Positions 1 to 9,428 of a stretch of DNA of 64,000 bases are shown here, in pieces. The notes below the pieces were generated by a model, which was not told the origin of the DNA, did not search any database, and saw only the letters and a program-made list of their open reading frames with translations. The first letter of the stretch is position 1; each line of letters begins with the position of its first letter. The DNA lies in contig JAHKLY010000002.1 in NCBI GenBank assembly GCA_020854825.1, positions 64,001 to 128,000 on the forward strand. The letters run 5' to 3'. Source of the stretch: Candidatus Micrarchaeota archaeon. GTDB lineage: Archaea; Micrarchaeota; Micrarchaeia; Anstonellales; JAHKLY01. The position numbers were made by a program, and so were the translations under genes.

Positions 1-1
1 T

Positions 2-286
2 GAGAACGAGAAAGAATATCTACTTGCTAGATATATGTTAATAGATGCAGATAATATCTACAAATTATCTAGAGGAATTGATTTAATAGAATTTTTAAAA
101 AAGAAGTATAAGTCAGAAGCATTAAAATATTTAAAAGAAGTATCAAATATTTATGCGGATAAAATAGCAAAAGAAGGAACAGAAAAATATCAAAAGCAAT
201 TTGAAAAATTAATTTTTCTTGCTAATTCCTTAAAATCTAAGGAAATACTTAATTTTCTTGAAAATGTGTCAGATAAATACCTTTAA
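2..286 (+). CDS. hypothetical protein, 5'-truncated by the window edge
   Basis: Frame is open from position 2 to TAA at 286; no recognisable motif. Confidence 0.55.
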   Translation, partial: ENEKEYLLARYMLIDADNIYKLSRGIDLIEFLKKKYKSEALKYLKEVSNIYADKIAKEGTEKYQKQFEKLIFLANSLKSKEILNFLENVSDKYL

Positions 287-320
287 ATAGGCAAAAACAC
301 TTAATAAATAGGTGTTGGTT

Positions 321-1109
321 ATGGAGAAAAGAACTTTACCTATTGAGAAATCTAAACGCAAAAAAAATATCTTAGAAGATGAGGTATTCCTCAGAAATAT
401 TCAGGGCCAAACAGGAGAAATAGAAGAATTAAAAGGATTATTTTTAGAATATTATATACGTGGAGAAATTAAACAATTAAATTCATTAGCTTTTGAAATT
501 AAAGAAAAATATAACTCTAAACTTGAAATATATAAAAATAAAGAATTTGAATATATTTCACTTTGTCTTGATGCATTAGATTTTTTTTTAAAATATTCAG
601 ATAAGTATCAAGATTTTTGTAATGAATTTTATGATCTAGTAAAAAGTAGGTTAACTCCAGAAGTATTAACTAATTTAAGTGGTTCAATTTTAATTTTTAA
701 AATAATAAGATTATCAAAGAAAATGGAAGATATAGGATTCTCTGATAAAGTATATGATGATTTTTTAATTATTGAAGAATCCAAAATGGATGAGATAGTA
801 AAACAGAGTGTAAAAACTCAAGGCCCATCTGGGAATTTATCTGTAGATTTTGATATTTCTTTATTATTATCAAGAATTAATTCAGCTTTACATTGGTTTA
901 TTTTTGCAGGGGAAAACGGAATTTTATTTTCGCAGCAAGAGCTTTGTATAGTGGGGGAATTATTTTTTAATTTACAGAATAAAAATAAATTTCTAGAAAA
1001 TGAATTAAAACGAGTATGGAAACATATTTTTAATGAAGACTTTAATGAATTTAACCTAGATAAACAACGAGAACATTTAAAAGGGATTAAAAATGGAAGA
1101 AGAGATTAA
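321..1109 (+). CDS. hypothetical helical protein
   Basis: Long ORF; ATG at 321 follows a GGTG SD-like site; no motif recognised. Confidence 0.6.
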   Translation: MEKRTLPIEKSKRKKNILEDEVFLRNIQGQTGEIEELKGLFLEYYIRGEIKQLNSLAFEIKEKYNSKLEIYKNKEFEYISLCLDALDFFLKYSDKYQDFCNEFYDLVKSRLTPEVLTNLSGSILIFKIIRLSKKMEDIGFSDKVYDDFLIIEESKMDEIVKQSVKTQGPSGNLSVDFDISLLLSRINSALHWFIFAGENGILFSQQELCIVGELFFNLQNKNKFLENELKRVWKHIFNEDFNEFNLDKQREHLKGIKNGRRD

Positions 1110-1296
1110 AGTATGTCCTGTTTGTGGAAATACAAACTTTCAATGGGTTGGTGGGGGATTAGAACAAATAGGAATATCTTCTGTATCTGGAAAATCAAGA
1201 TGTATTGGATGTGGAAATGTTATTATTCCAATTTATTTTAAACAGAAGGATTACAAAAAATTTTTAGAACATTTAAAACTTTTATCTAAAAAATAA
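1093..1296 (+). CDS. small Zn-ribbon protein
   Basis: CPVC...CIGC pair in 67 aa; overlaps the upstream stop. Confidence 0.65.
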   Translation: MEEEIKVCPVCGNTNFQWVGGGLEQIGISSVSGKSRCIGCGNVIIPIYFKQKDYKKFLEHLKLLSKK

Positions 1297-1299
1297 ATC

Positions 1300-1320
1300 G
1301 CGCAGGGTAACACCCCCCGC
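1300..1320 (-). terminator. GC-rich hairpin between convergent genes, possible terminator
   Basis: GCGCAGGGTAACACCCCCCGC imperfect stem-loop, followed by a T-rich run on the minus strand. Confidence 0.35.
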
Positions 1321-1333
1321 TAAATTAACAATA

Positions 1334-1492
1334 TTACTTTTTCTTTGTAGTTTTTTTCTTTGTTGTTGTTTTTTTAACTGCAGTTTTTTTTGTTGCAGGT
1401 TTTTTCTTTACTGTTTTTTTCTTTGTTGTTGTTTTTTTAACTGCAGTTTTTTTTGTTGCAGTTTTCTTTTTTGCACATTTTTTTACAACCAT
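1334..1492 (-). CDS. 52-aa Lys/Thr/Ala-rich histone-H1-like basic protein (not in ORF track)
   Basis: Hand translation MVVKKCAKKKTATKKTAVKKTTTKKKTVKKKPATKKTAVKKTTTKKKTTKKK; GAGGTG SD upstream; internal duplication. Confidence 0.8.
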   Translation of the reverse strand: MVVKKCAKKKTATKKTAVKKTTTKKKTVKKKPATKKTAVKKTTTKKKTTKKK

Positions 1493-1646
1493 TTGTAAAA
1501 CACCTCAAATTTTTTATAGTTTAGTCTCTGCAATAACTTTTATAAACGTTCCTTCAATTTTTAATTTTTCTAAAATTTTATTTTTTAAAATTTTTCATTA
1601 AAAAATTTAGAAAAGTTTTATAAATTAGTTTATTTAAATTTAAATC

Positions 1647-2267
1647 ATGGATCAGAAAAACAAAGCGAGTAAAGAAGAAGAATTAAAGAAAAAAGTTTAT
1701 GAAGCAGCAATTGATACTGCAATCTTAATTGCTAAAAAAGGAGAAGGAGGATTAATAGTTATTGGAAAAACAAAAGATTATGAATGCCATTTTCCAAATT
1801 TTTTTGAAAATAAAAAATTTTATATAACTGATAATGGAATGACTGAAGTTTTATCTAAATTAGGTATTGTTGATGGCGCAATAGTTTTAGATCCAGATGG
1901 CAGAATTAAAGCATATGGTGCAAGAATTTTAAAACAAGAAACTGCTAAAGGGTTTGGAACAAGGCATTCTGCAGCAAAAGGAATTTCTAATTCTGGTTGT
2001 TTAGCAATTTTAGCATCAGAACAAGATAAAGTAGTTAGAATTTTTAAAGAAGGAAATAAAGTTATGGAAATAAACCCCCATACAAAAACAGTAGAAAAAA
2101 ATGTATCCAAAATTGTTAAAATTTTAACAAAAACAGAAACAGCAGGATTAATTGCAGGGGCAGCAGCAGTTCCCATTATTGGGATACCAGGAGTCATAGT
2201 TTTTGGAGGGAGTTATTTTGTTTCTAAAACTTTACTGGGAATGATTAGAGAGATAGACTTTAAATAA
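1647..2267 (+). CDS. DisA_N/DAC-domain diadenylate cyclase-like protein with C-terminal hydrophobic tail
   Basis: DGAIV, GTRHSAA and SEQD motifs of the DAC domain. Confidence 0.8.
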   Translation: MDQKNKASKEEELKKKVYEAAIDTAILIAKKGEGGLIVIGKTKDYECHFPNFFENKKFYITDNGMTEVLSKLGIVDGAIVLDPDGRIKAYGARILKQETAKGFGTRHSAAKGISNSGCLAILASEQDKVVRIFKEGNKVMEINPHTKTVEKNVSKIVKILTKTETAGLIAGAAAVPIIGIPGVIVFGGSYFVSKTLLGMIREIDFK

Positions 2268-2318
2268 GTTTCTTTTTATAATTAATTACTTATTTTATAT
2301 ATTAAATGAGGAATTTTT

Positions 2319-3437
2319 ATGAAAATACCAAATATTTATGAACAAGATTACAAAAAACTAATGGTTCTTCCAATTCTATTAATTATAATTTCGTTATTTT
2401 TTATACCTCAAATCAAAGTAGGAATTGATTTTAAAGGAGGCACTATAATTACATTATATTCAGATTATACAATACAAACAGAAAATTTAGAAAATGATTT
2501 ATTACAAGCAGGAATTAGTTTACATTCAGTAAAACAATTTAAAACCACATTAGGAAATGTAGTTGAAATTGAAATTGAAAATGAAGAATTAATATATGAA
2601 GCAGAACAATTAAGATCTGATTTTTCAAATATTTTTGAAAATGTTTCAAGACTTGAATCATATGTTGCACAAACAAATGGGGAAAATCAAACTATAATTA
2701 ATGAATATACTAATGAAAGAAGCAAAGCAGATAAAATTGCAAATAATTTATTTAAGTTATCTGGTTATACCGAAAAAACAGCAGAACAAGCAGAATCAAC
2801 AAATGAATTGAAAAGTTTAGTAACTAAAGCGTATCTGAATATAAAATCTGATTATGAAGATAAATTAGATAGTATATTAAAAAGTAATGTTAATTACTCT
2901 TCTATAACAGTAGATATTGTTTCACCCTCTCTAAGTTCTAAATTTATTGAAAAAGCAACGTTTGTAACAGTAATTGCAATAGTTTTTGCTGTTATACTTT
3001 CATTTATTGTTTTTAGAGATATTATGCCAAGTTTACTTGTATTAACTGGTGCAGCAGCAGATATTATTATTTGTTTAGGTGCTATGGGGTTATTTCAAAT
3101 TCCATTTACTTTGCCTTCATTTGCGGCATTATTAATGATGTTAGGGTTTTCACTAGATACAGATATGCTTTTAACTATGAGAATGTTAAAACAACATGAA
3201 GGAACACCAAAAGAAAGAGCATATGAAGCAATGAAGACAGGTGCAACAATGAGTTTAACTGATTTTATTGCATTTGTAGCATTATTTGTTCTTGCAATAA
3301 TGACAAATATATCAACATATTATGAAATTTCTGCAATAGCAATTTGTGGATTAATAGGAGATATAATTGCAACATGGTTATTTAATGCAGTTATATTACT
3401 AATATATTTAGAAAAAACAAAAAAGGTGTATATATGA
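2319..3437 (+). CDS. secF: protein translocase subunit SecF
   Basis: GIDFKGG motif, GFSLDTDMLL motif, about six TM segments, adjacent to SecD. Confidence 0.9.
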   Translation: MKIPNIYEQDYKKLMVLPILLIIISLFFIPQIKVGIDFKGGTIITLYSDYTIQTENLENDLLQAGISLHSVKQFKTTLGNVVEIEIENEELIYEAEQLRSDFSNIFENVSRLESYVAQTNGENQTIINEYTNERSKADKIANNLFKLSGYTEKTAEQAESTNELKSLVTKAYLNIKSDYEDKLDSILKSNVNYSSITVDIVSPSLSSKFIEKATFVTVIAIVFAVILSFIVFRDIMPSLLVLTGAAADIIICLGAMGLFQIPFTLPSFAALLMMLGFSLDTDMLLTMRMLKQHEGTPKERAYEAMKTGATMSLTDFIAFVALFVLAIMTNISTYYEISAIAICGLIGDIIATWLFNAVILLIYLEKTKKVYI

Positions 3438-4999
3438 GTTTTTCAAGTTTAATTAGAGATAAAAGAGTAATTGCATTGTTTATATTTACATTATTAGCTA
3501 TTAGCATAGCTTATTTTGGCGGATTAAAATTTGGTATTGATTTTAGTGGGGGTACAAGAATTCCTGTTATACTTGAAAGACCGGTTTCAACAGAAGTCAT
3601 GGATCAAATGATTGAGACTATTAAAACAAGAGTAAGCACTTTTGGTTTAACTGAAATTAAAGTTAGGGCCAGAGGGGATGATGAAATAATTGTAGAAATT
3701 CCAAGTTATGACGATCAGACTGTAAGACAAACAATAGAAATATTAGAAAGACAAGGAGTATTTTTAGCAGTTTTTGATGGAAAATCTGCACTCAAAGGGA
3801 GTGAAATTTATACTGGTTCCATAGTTCAAATTCCAGCAGAAAGATCCGGTTGGTGGTCTGTTAGTGTTTCTGTATCAAATGCTGCATCAACAAAGTTTGG
3901 AGAAGTTTCAGAAGGAAAAGCAGGATACCCAATTTATATGTTTTTAGATAGGCCTTCAGACGCATCTATATTTATTACAAAAGAACATTTAGTACAAGAT
4001 ACGGAGTTATCTACTGAAGATGCAATAACAATGCTTAATGATGCATTAAGATTAGAAGGTAATTCAATTGGTTTATATTTAATTGACGCTTTTGATAATT
4101 ATAAAGAAGATTTAACTCCAATTTCAAATACTTCAAAAGCAATAATTTCTAAAGAAACATCTAATGAAATTAAACAAGAATTAAGAGATAAGGGATTTAT
4201 TTTAATTGAAAAGGAGGATAAAGATTTATATCCCAAATATTCAATATCCACAACACATAATACTGTTGTTAAATGGGATGCAATTGGACTAGTATCAGTT
4301 CCTTATTTAAGTCCTTCGTTAGCAGGGGGCCCAGCATCACATAGAGGAACATATGCTATTTCTGGACCTGGAGAAGGGAATACAGTTCAAGAGATGAATT
4401 TTAATGCTCAGTTAAAAGCAAGAGAGATGCAATCAATACTCAAAGGAGGATCATTACCTGTAGGTATATCAGTTGGAAGTAAAACCTCAATTCCAGCCCC
4501 ATTAGGGTCTAAGTTTTTAGAATGGAGTGCAATTGGAGGATTAGTGGCATTATTAATAATAAGTTTAGTGGTAAGTATAAGATATATGGATTTTAAATTA
4601 GTATTTCCAATATTAATTGTTTCATTAGCACAAATAACCATTTTAGTTTGTATAATTGGGTATTTTACAATTGATTTGGGTGCATTTGCAGGTCTAATCG
4701 CAGCAGTAGGTACTAGTGTTGATGAACAAATTGTTATTACAGATGAATTAATGAAAAAAGATGGTTCTGATGTTAGGACTAAACTAAAGCGTGCTTATGC
4801 AATTGTTACAAGGTCAAGAGCAATTATTATTGTTGCAATGCTTCCTTTGTTATTATTTTCAGGATTAGTAGAAATTATTGGTTTTGCAACATCTACAATC
4901 TTAGGTGCATTTTTAGGAGTATTATTAGCAAGGTATTCATATGCAGCATTTGTTGAACATTTAATTTTGAAAAAGAAAATACCTTCTGAAAAAAAGTAA
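3434..4999 (+). CDS. secD: protein translocase subunit SecD
   Basis: GIDFSGG, LKGGSLPV and GTSVDEQIVITDE motifs; ATGA overlap with secF. Confidence 0.9.
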   Translation: MSFSSLIRDKRVIALFIFTLLAISIAYFGGLKFGIDFSGGTRIPVILERPVSTEVMDQMIETIKTRVSTFGLTEIKVRARGDDEIIVEIPSYDDQTVRQTIEILERQGVFLAVFDGKSALKGSEIYTGSIVQIPAERSGWWSVSVSVSNAASTKFGEVSEGKAGYPIYMFLDRPSDASIFITKEHLVQDTELSTEDAITMLNDALRLEGNSIGLYLIDAFDNYKEDLTPISNTSKAIISKETSNEIKQELRDKGFILIEKEDKDLYPKYSISTTHNTVVKWDAIGLVSVPYLSPSLAGGPASHRGTYAISGPGEGNTVQEMNFNAQLKAREMQSILKGGSLPVGISVGSKTSIPAPLGSKFLEWSAIGGLVALLIISLVVSIRYMDFKLVFPILIVSLAQITILVCIIGYFTIDLGAFAGLIAAVGTSVDEQIVITDELMKKDGSDVRTKLKRAYAIVTRSRAIIIVAMLPLLLFSGLVEIIGFATSTILGAFLGVLLARYSYAAFVEHLILKKKIPSEKK

Positions 5000-5740
5000 C
5001 TAAAGGTGTATATTTCTTCCTTTTATATATGTTGCTTTTTGACATAAAAATCTTATTTTTTTGTTTTTGAAATTATTAAACTGCTCTTCAAGTGTACTTC
5101 CTATGCAGTCAAGCATTTTCCAAGGTTTTCTACATATTAAATCATTTGATATTTTTGTTTTGTATGAACTTGTTATTGCCCAATAGTCTTCTTTTTTCTC
5201 TCTGTTTTCTAGAATATATTTTATAGCACCAGATCCACAACTTAGTATGAAAAGGACTTTTATTCCGTTTATCTCATCAAGCATATCAAATAAGGTCTCA
5301 TATTCTAATTTTGTATCTTCTAATCTCAAATAAGGATTGATTTTTTTTCCATTTCCATGTGCTGCAATTATTATAAAGGTTATATCATTTTCTTTAGATA
5401 TTTTAGACGTATTTGTAATCTGAGTAATAAAATCTTCGTAAGTTAAACTAATATTCTCTCCAAAAGTTTTTTTTAACTCTGAATTTACAAATTCTTTTTT
5501 ATTATCTAAGAAGTTTAATACAGGTTTAACTATTAAATATGGGATTCTATCAAAAAAAGGCATTTTGTTAATTTCTGGTAGTATCTTTGGATTTGTTCTT
5601 CTAAAACCGATTACTCGGTTTGTTCCACAAAAAGGAATACTCTCTGTATTTGATTTAGGATTAGTTAAAATAGTTGAGATTTCTCTATTTTGTGAGGATG
5701 TAATTAAAGTTATTGGATTGTCTTGTTGTATCATGTTCAT
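5000..5740 (-). CDS. caspase/legumain-like (clan CD) cysteine peptidase
   Basis: Hydrophobic strand followed by AAHG, and hydrophobic strand followed by SCGSG: a His/Cys dyad pattern. Confidence 0.6.
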   Translation of the reverse strand: MNMIQQDNPITLITSSQNREISTILTNPKSNTESIPFCGTNRVIGFRRTNPKILPEINKMPFFDRIPYLIVKPVLNFLDNKKEFVNSELKKTFGENISLTYEDFITQITNTSKISKENDITFIIIAAHGNGKKINPYLRLEDTKLEYETLFDMLDEINGIKVLFILSCGSGAIKYILENREKKEDYWAITSSYKTKISNDLICRKPWKMLDCIGSTLEEQFNNFKNKKIRFLCQKATYIKGRNIHL

Positions 5741-5878
5741 AATAAACTTGTGTATTTTTATGTTTATAAATGTTTTTATATCTTGTTTTAAATATATATT
5801 TTATATTTTTATAGCAGTTATTTTTTAGAATATATTAAAATAGCATAAGAATATAAATAATATCTTCTTATTTTTTTT

Positions 5879-6529
5879 ATGAAACAATTTTCAGTTTATC
5901 TAGATGATTTACATGCAATTTATATATTAGATCCTAAGAATAAATTTAATTTTCAGTTTTTTCAAGATAAACCAAAGGAGATTTATATTCACCATACAGG
6001 AAATAATTCACATAGTTTAGAAGAAGCTTATAATATAGGAATTTCAAGATTTAATCAGCCTTCATATCATTTTATAATAGATAGAAAAGGGTCAATATAT
6101 CAAACTCTTCCAATAAATGTAGCAGGTGCACATGTTAGACGCCATAATGAAAACTCATTTGGGATCGCACTTTTAGATTTAATTTCACCTTCTTCTCCTA
6201 CTCTAGCGATGAAATATTCATTGGGTGCATTAATTGATTTTCTTAAATCTAATTATCCCATAGAAAAAGTCTCTACTCATGTTGAAGCAACAGTTTCTGA
6301 TGTTAATGAAATAATAGAACAGACGAGAATAAAACAGGATTTACCTTTATTAGATATAAATGAGATAGGTGAATTGACATTAAGTAATGTCGAAAAGTAT
6401 AAGGAAAATGTTAAAAAAGAAATTAAATATTCAGATGTAGATAAGATTGTAAAAGATTTGTTAAACCAAAGAGTAGAATATGTTAAAAATTGTCCAGGTC
6501 CATATTTCAAAGATCTTTTAGATTTATAA
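5879..6529 (+). CDS. N-acetylmuramoyl-L-alanine amidase (Amidase_2/PGRP/T7-lysozyme type)
   Basis: IYIHHT, SYHFII, GAHV..HN.NSFGI, STH and KNCPG motifs. Confidence 0.8.
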   Translation: MKQFSVYLDDLHAIYILDPKNKFNFQFFQDKPKEIYIHHTGNNSHSLEEAYNIGISRFNQPSYHFIIDRKGSIYQTLPINVAGAHVRRHNENSFGIALLDLISPSSPTLAMKYSLGALIDFLKSNYPIEKVSTHVEATVSDVNEIIEQTRIKQDLPLLDINEIGELTLSNVEKYKENVKKEIKYSDVDKIVKDLLNQRVEYVKNCPGPYFKDLLDL

Positions 6530-6638
6530 TCTAAAAATAATAGTATAAATTTAATTTATAAAGTTAAAGTTGCTATTTCTGTTAAGACATCAAAGTATAA
6601 TTATTGCACATTATCTCGAAAGATCTATATGCTTTAAA

Positions 6639-6687
6639 AACCTATATGTTGTAGTATTAGAGTACTTATAAACACAATATATTGTGT
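6639..6687. promoter_or_regulatory. tandem NrdR boxes flanking a TATA-like element
   Basis: Perfect palindrome ACACAATATATTGTGT at 6672-6687, degenerate AACCTATATGTTGTAG at 6639-6654, TTATAAA at 6666-6672. Confidence 0.8.
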
Positions 6688-6739
6688 TTTAAGATATTTA
6701 TCAATAGGTGTGAAAAATGATTAAAATGAGGCGTAATTT

Positions 6740-7192
6740 ATGAGATGTCCATATTGTATGTATGAAGATACTAAAGTTATTGATTCAAGGCAAGATGAGG
6801 ACATTGTTAGAAGAAGAAGGGAGTGCGAAAAATGTGAAAAAAGATTCACTACTTTTGAAAGAGCAGAAATTGTCGAGTTTTATGTTATTAAAAAAGATGG
6901 GAGAAGAGAGCTTTTTGACAGAAAAAAATTAAGATCGGGCATAATAAAAGCATGTGAAAAAAGACCAATAAGTCAAGAACAAATAGAAGAATTAGTTGAT
7001 ATAATAGAAAAAAAATTGAGGCAACGAAAAACATTGGAAGTTAATTCAACTTTAGTAGGAGATTGTGTTATGAAAAAACTAAAAGTAATAGACACAATTG
7101 CATATATTCGATTTGCTTCAGTTTATAAAGAATTTGATGATATTGAGTCTTTTGAAGCAACTCTTGAAAATCTTAAGAATAAAAAGGGGTGA
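6740..7192 (+). CDS. nrdR: transcriptional repressor NrdR
   Basis: CPYC...VIDSR...RRRRECEKC..RFTTFE Zn ribbon, ATP cone, AYIRFASVY. Confidence 0.97.
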   Translation: MRCPYCMYEDTKVIDSRQDEDIVRRRRECEKCEKRFTTFERAEIVEFYVIKKDGRRELFDRKKLRSGIIKACEKRPISQEQIEELVDIIEKKLRQRKTLEVNSTLVGDCVMKKLKVIDTIAYIRFASVYKEFDDIESFEATLENLKNKKG

Positions 7193-7196
7193 AAAA

Positions 7197-9392
7197 ATGG
7201 AAGTATCGCAAATAAGAAAAAGAGATGGGACAATCGTTTTGTTTAATAAACAAAAGATTATTGATGCAATTTGGAAAGCTATGAGAACTGTTAATGAAGG
7301 AGATAGAGATAGGGCAGAAGAAGTAGCAGATCAAGTAGTTGAATTATTAAATCATAAATTTAGGAAAACAACTTCCCCTACAGTTGAAGAAATTCAAGAC
7401 GTTATTGAAGAAGTGTTAATTTTAAATAAGTATGTTAAAACTTCAAAAGCATTTATTTTATATAGAAAACAGCATTCAGATGTTAGAAGAATGGCTAGTT
7501 TAATGAATACAGTAGAAACAATAGAAAAGTATATAGACCAAGCAGACTGGAGAGTAAAAGAAAATGCTAATATGACATATTCATTACAAGGATTAAATAA
7601 TCATATTGCAAGTTTAGTTGTTGCAGAATATTGGTTAGATAAATTATATCCTTCAAAAATTGCATTTGCACATAGAAATGCAGAGATACATATACATGAT
7701 TTAAGTACTTTAGGAGCTTATTGTGTAGGTTGGGATTTACAAGATGTATTGATGACAGGGTTCACAGGAGTGGAAGGAAAGATACAATCAAAACCACCCA
7801 AACATTTAAGAGTAGTTTTAGGACAAATAGTCAATTATATTTATACATTGCAAGGTGAGACTGCAGGTGCGCAAGCATTTAGTAATTTTGATACGCTTTT
7901 AGCTCCATTTGTAAGATATGATAGATTAGATTACCAGCAATTAAAACAAACTTTTCAGGAATTTTTATTTAACATGAATGTACCTACGAGAGTTGGATTT
8001 CAAACACCATTTTCTAATATAACTATGGACCTAACTCCCCATCCTAGTTATAAAAATTTACCTGTAATCATTGGGGGTAAAATGACTGACGATGTTTATG
8101 GTGATTTTCAAGAAGAAATGAATATGATTAATCAAGTTTTTGCTGAAGCAATGATAGAAGGAGATGCACATGGAAGAATTTTTACTTTTCCAATACCTAC
8201 ATATAATATTACAAAAGATTTTGATTGGGATTCACCAGAAGTTAAAAAAGTATTTGAAATGACTGCAAAATATGGAATTCCTTATTTTTCAAATTTTATA
8301 AATAGTGATATGAAACCAGAAGATGCCCGCAGTATGTGTTGCCGACTTAGGCTTGACAATAGGGAATTAAGAAAAAGAGGCGGAGGATTATTTGGTGCAA
8401 ATCCGCTAACTGGCAGTATAGGAGTAGTAACGATTAATCTTCCAAGAATTGGATATTTAGCAAGAACTGAAGAAGAATATTTTGAAAAATTAGATGAAGC
8501 AATGGATTTAGCATATACTAGTTTAGAAATAAAAAGAAAAGTATTAGAAAGTTTTACAGAACGTGGATTGTACCCATATTCTAAATTTTATTTAAGAAAA
8601 ATAAAAGAAACTCATAACCAATATTGGAAAAATCATTTTAGTACAATAGGATTAATTGGTATGAATGAGTCTATGATGAATATGTTTGGTTCTGGGTTAT
8701 TAGATACTGAAAGTAGAAAATTTGCAATAAAAATTTTAGATTACATGAGAAAAAAATTAGAAGACTATCAGTTAGAGTCAGGCAATATATTTAATTTAGA
8801 AGCAACACCTGGAGAAGGAACAACACACAGACTCGCAAAAATTGATAAAACAAATTATCCAAGCATAATTGTAGCTAATGAAGAATCCTATCAGGAAAGA
8901 GGAGCAGCACCTTACTATACAAATTCAACCCAATTACACGTTGCATCAACAATAGATTTGTTTGACGCGTTGGATATAGAAGATGAATTGCAAACCAAGT
9001 ATACTGGGGGGACCGTATTTCATACTTTTCTAGGAGAAAAAATTCAAGATTGGAAAATGACAAGAGAGTTAGTTAAAAAAATTGCACATAATTTTAAACT
9101 CCCGTATTTTACATTGACTCCAACTTTCAGTGTTTGTCCCGTTCATGGGTATATTGCAGGAGAATATGAAGTATGCCCTAAATGTGATGAAGAAATAGGG
9201 TATGCAGGCATGATAAGACAACTTAATCAAGGTAAAACTATAGATCAAGAAATTTTAGAAGCAACAAAGAAAAAAAGGAATTATTGTGAAGTATATAGTA
9301 GAGTGGTTGGATATATACGACCAGTTAAACAATGGAATGCAGGAAAGGTAGAGGAATATAAGGAAAGAAAAGTTTTTGACAAATGTTTTTAA
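7197..9392 (+). CDS. nrdD: anaerobic (class III) ribonucleoside-triphosphate reductase with N-terminal ATP cone
   Basis: IRKRDG ATP cone, MCCRL finger loop, CxxH..CxxC, YSRVVGYIRP glycyl-radical motif; ATG at 7197 follows GGGGTG. Confidence 0.95.
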   Translation: MEVSQIRKRDGTIVLFNKQKIIDAIWKAMRTVNEGDRDRAEEVADQVVELLNHKFRKTTSPTVEEIQDVIEEVLILNKYVKTSKAFILYRKQHSDVRRMASLMNTVETIEKYIDQADWRVKENANMTYSLQGLNNHIASLVVAEYWLDKLYPSKIAFAHRNAEIHIHDLSTLGAYCVGWDLQDVLMTGFTGVEGKIQSKPPKHLRVVLGQIVNYIYTLQGETAGAQAFSNFDTLLAPFVRYDRLDYQQLKQTFQEFLFNMNVPTRVGFQTPFSNITMDLTPHPSYKNLPVIIGGKMTDDVYGDFQEEMNMINQVFAEAMIEGDAHGRIFTFPIPTYNITKDFDWDSPEVKKVFEMTAKYGIPYFSNFINSDMKPEDARSMCCRLRLDNRELRKRGGGLFGANPLTGSIGVVTINLPRIGYLARTEEEYFEKLDEAMDLAYTSLEIKRKVLESFTERGLYPYSKFYLRKIKETHNQYWKNHFSTIGLIGMNESMMNMFGSGLLDTESRKFAIKILDYMRKKLEDYQLESGNIFNLEATPGEGTTHRLAKIDKTNYPSIIVANEESYQERGAAPYYTNSTQLHVASTIDLFDALDIEDELQTKYTGGTVFHTFLGEKIQDWKMTRELVKKIAHNFKLPYFTLTPTFSVCPVHGYIAGEYEVCPKCDEEIGYAGMIRQLNQGKTIDQEILEATKKKRNYCEVYSRVVGYIRPVKQWNAGKVEEYKERKVFDKCF

Positions 9393-9428
9393 TTATTTGT
9401 GTATGAAATAAATGCGGGAGGTCAAAGG

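Noticed and set aside
7098-7196. N-terminal extensions in the ORF track for nrdD (also aCPSF1 12210-12260 and topA 44442-44528)
   Set aside because: They overlap the upstream gene or promoter; the downstream ATGs coincide with the start of family homology.
9184-9285. About 30-aa insert in the NrdD C-terminal Zn domain as a possible intein
   Set aside because: Far too short and lacks intein terminal motifs; an ordinary loop insertion.
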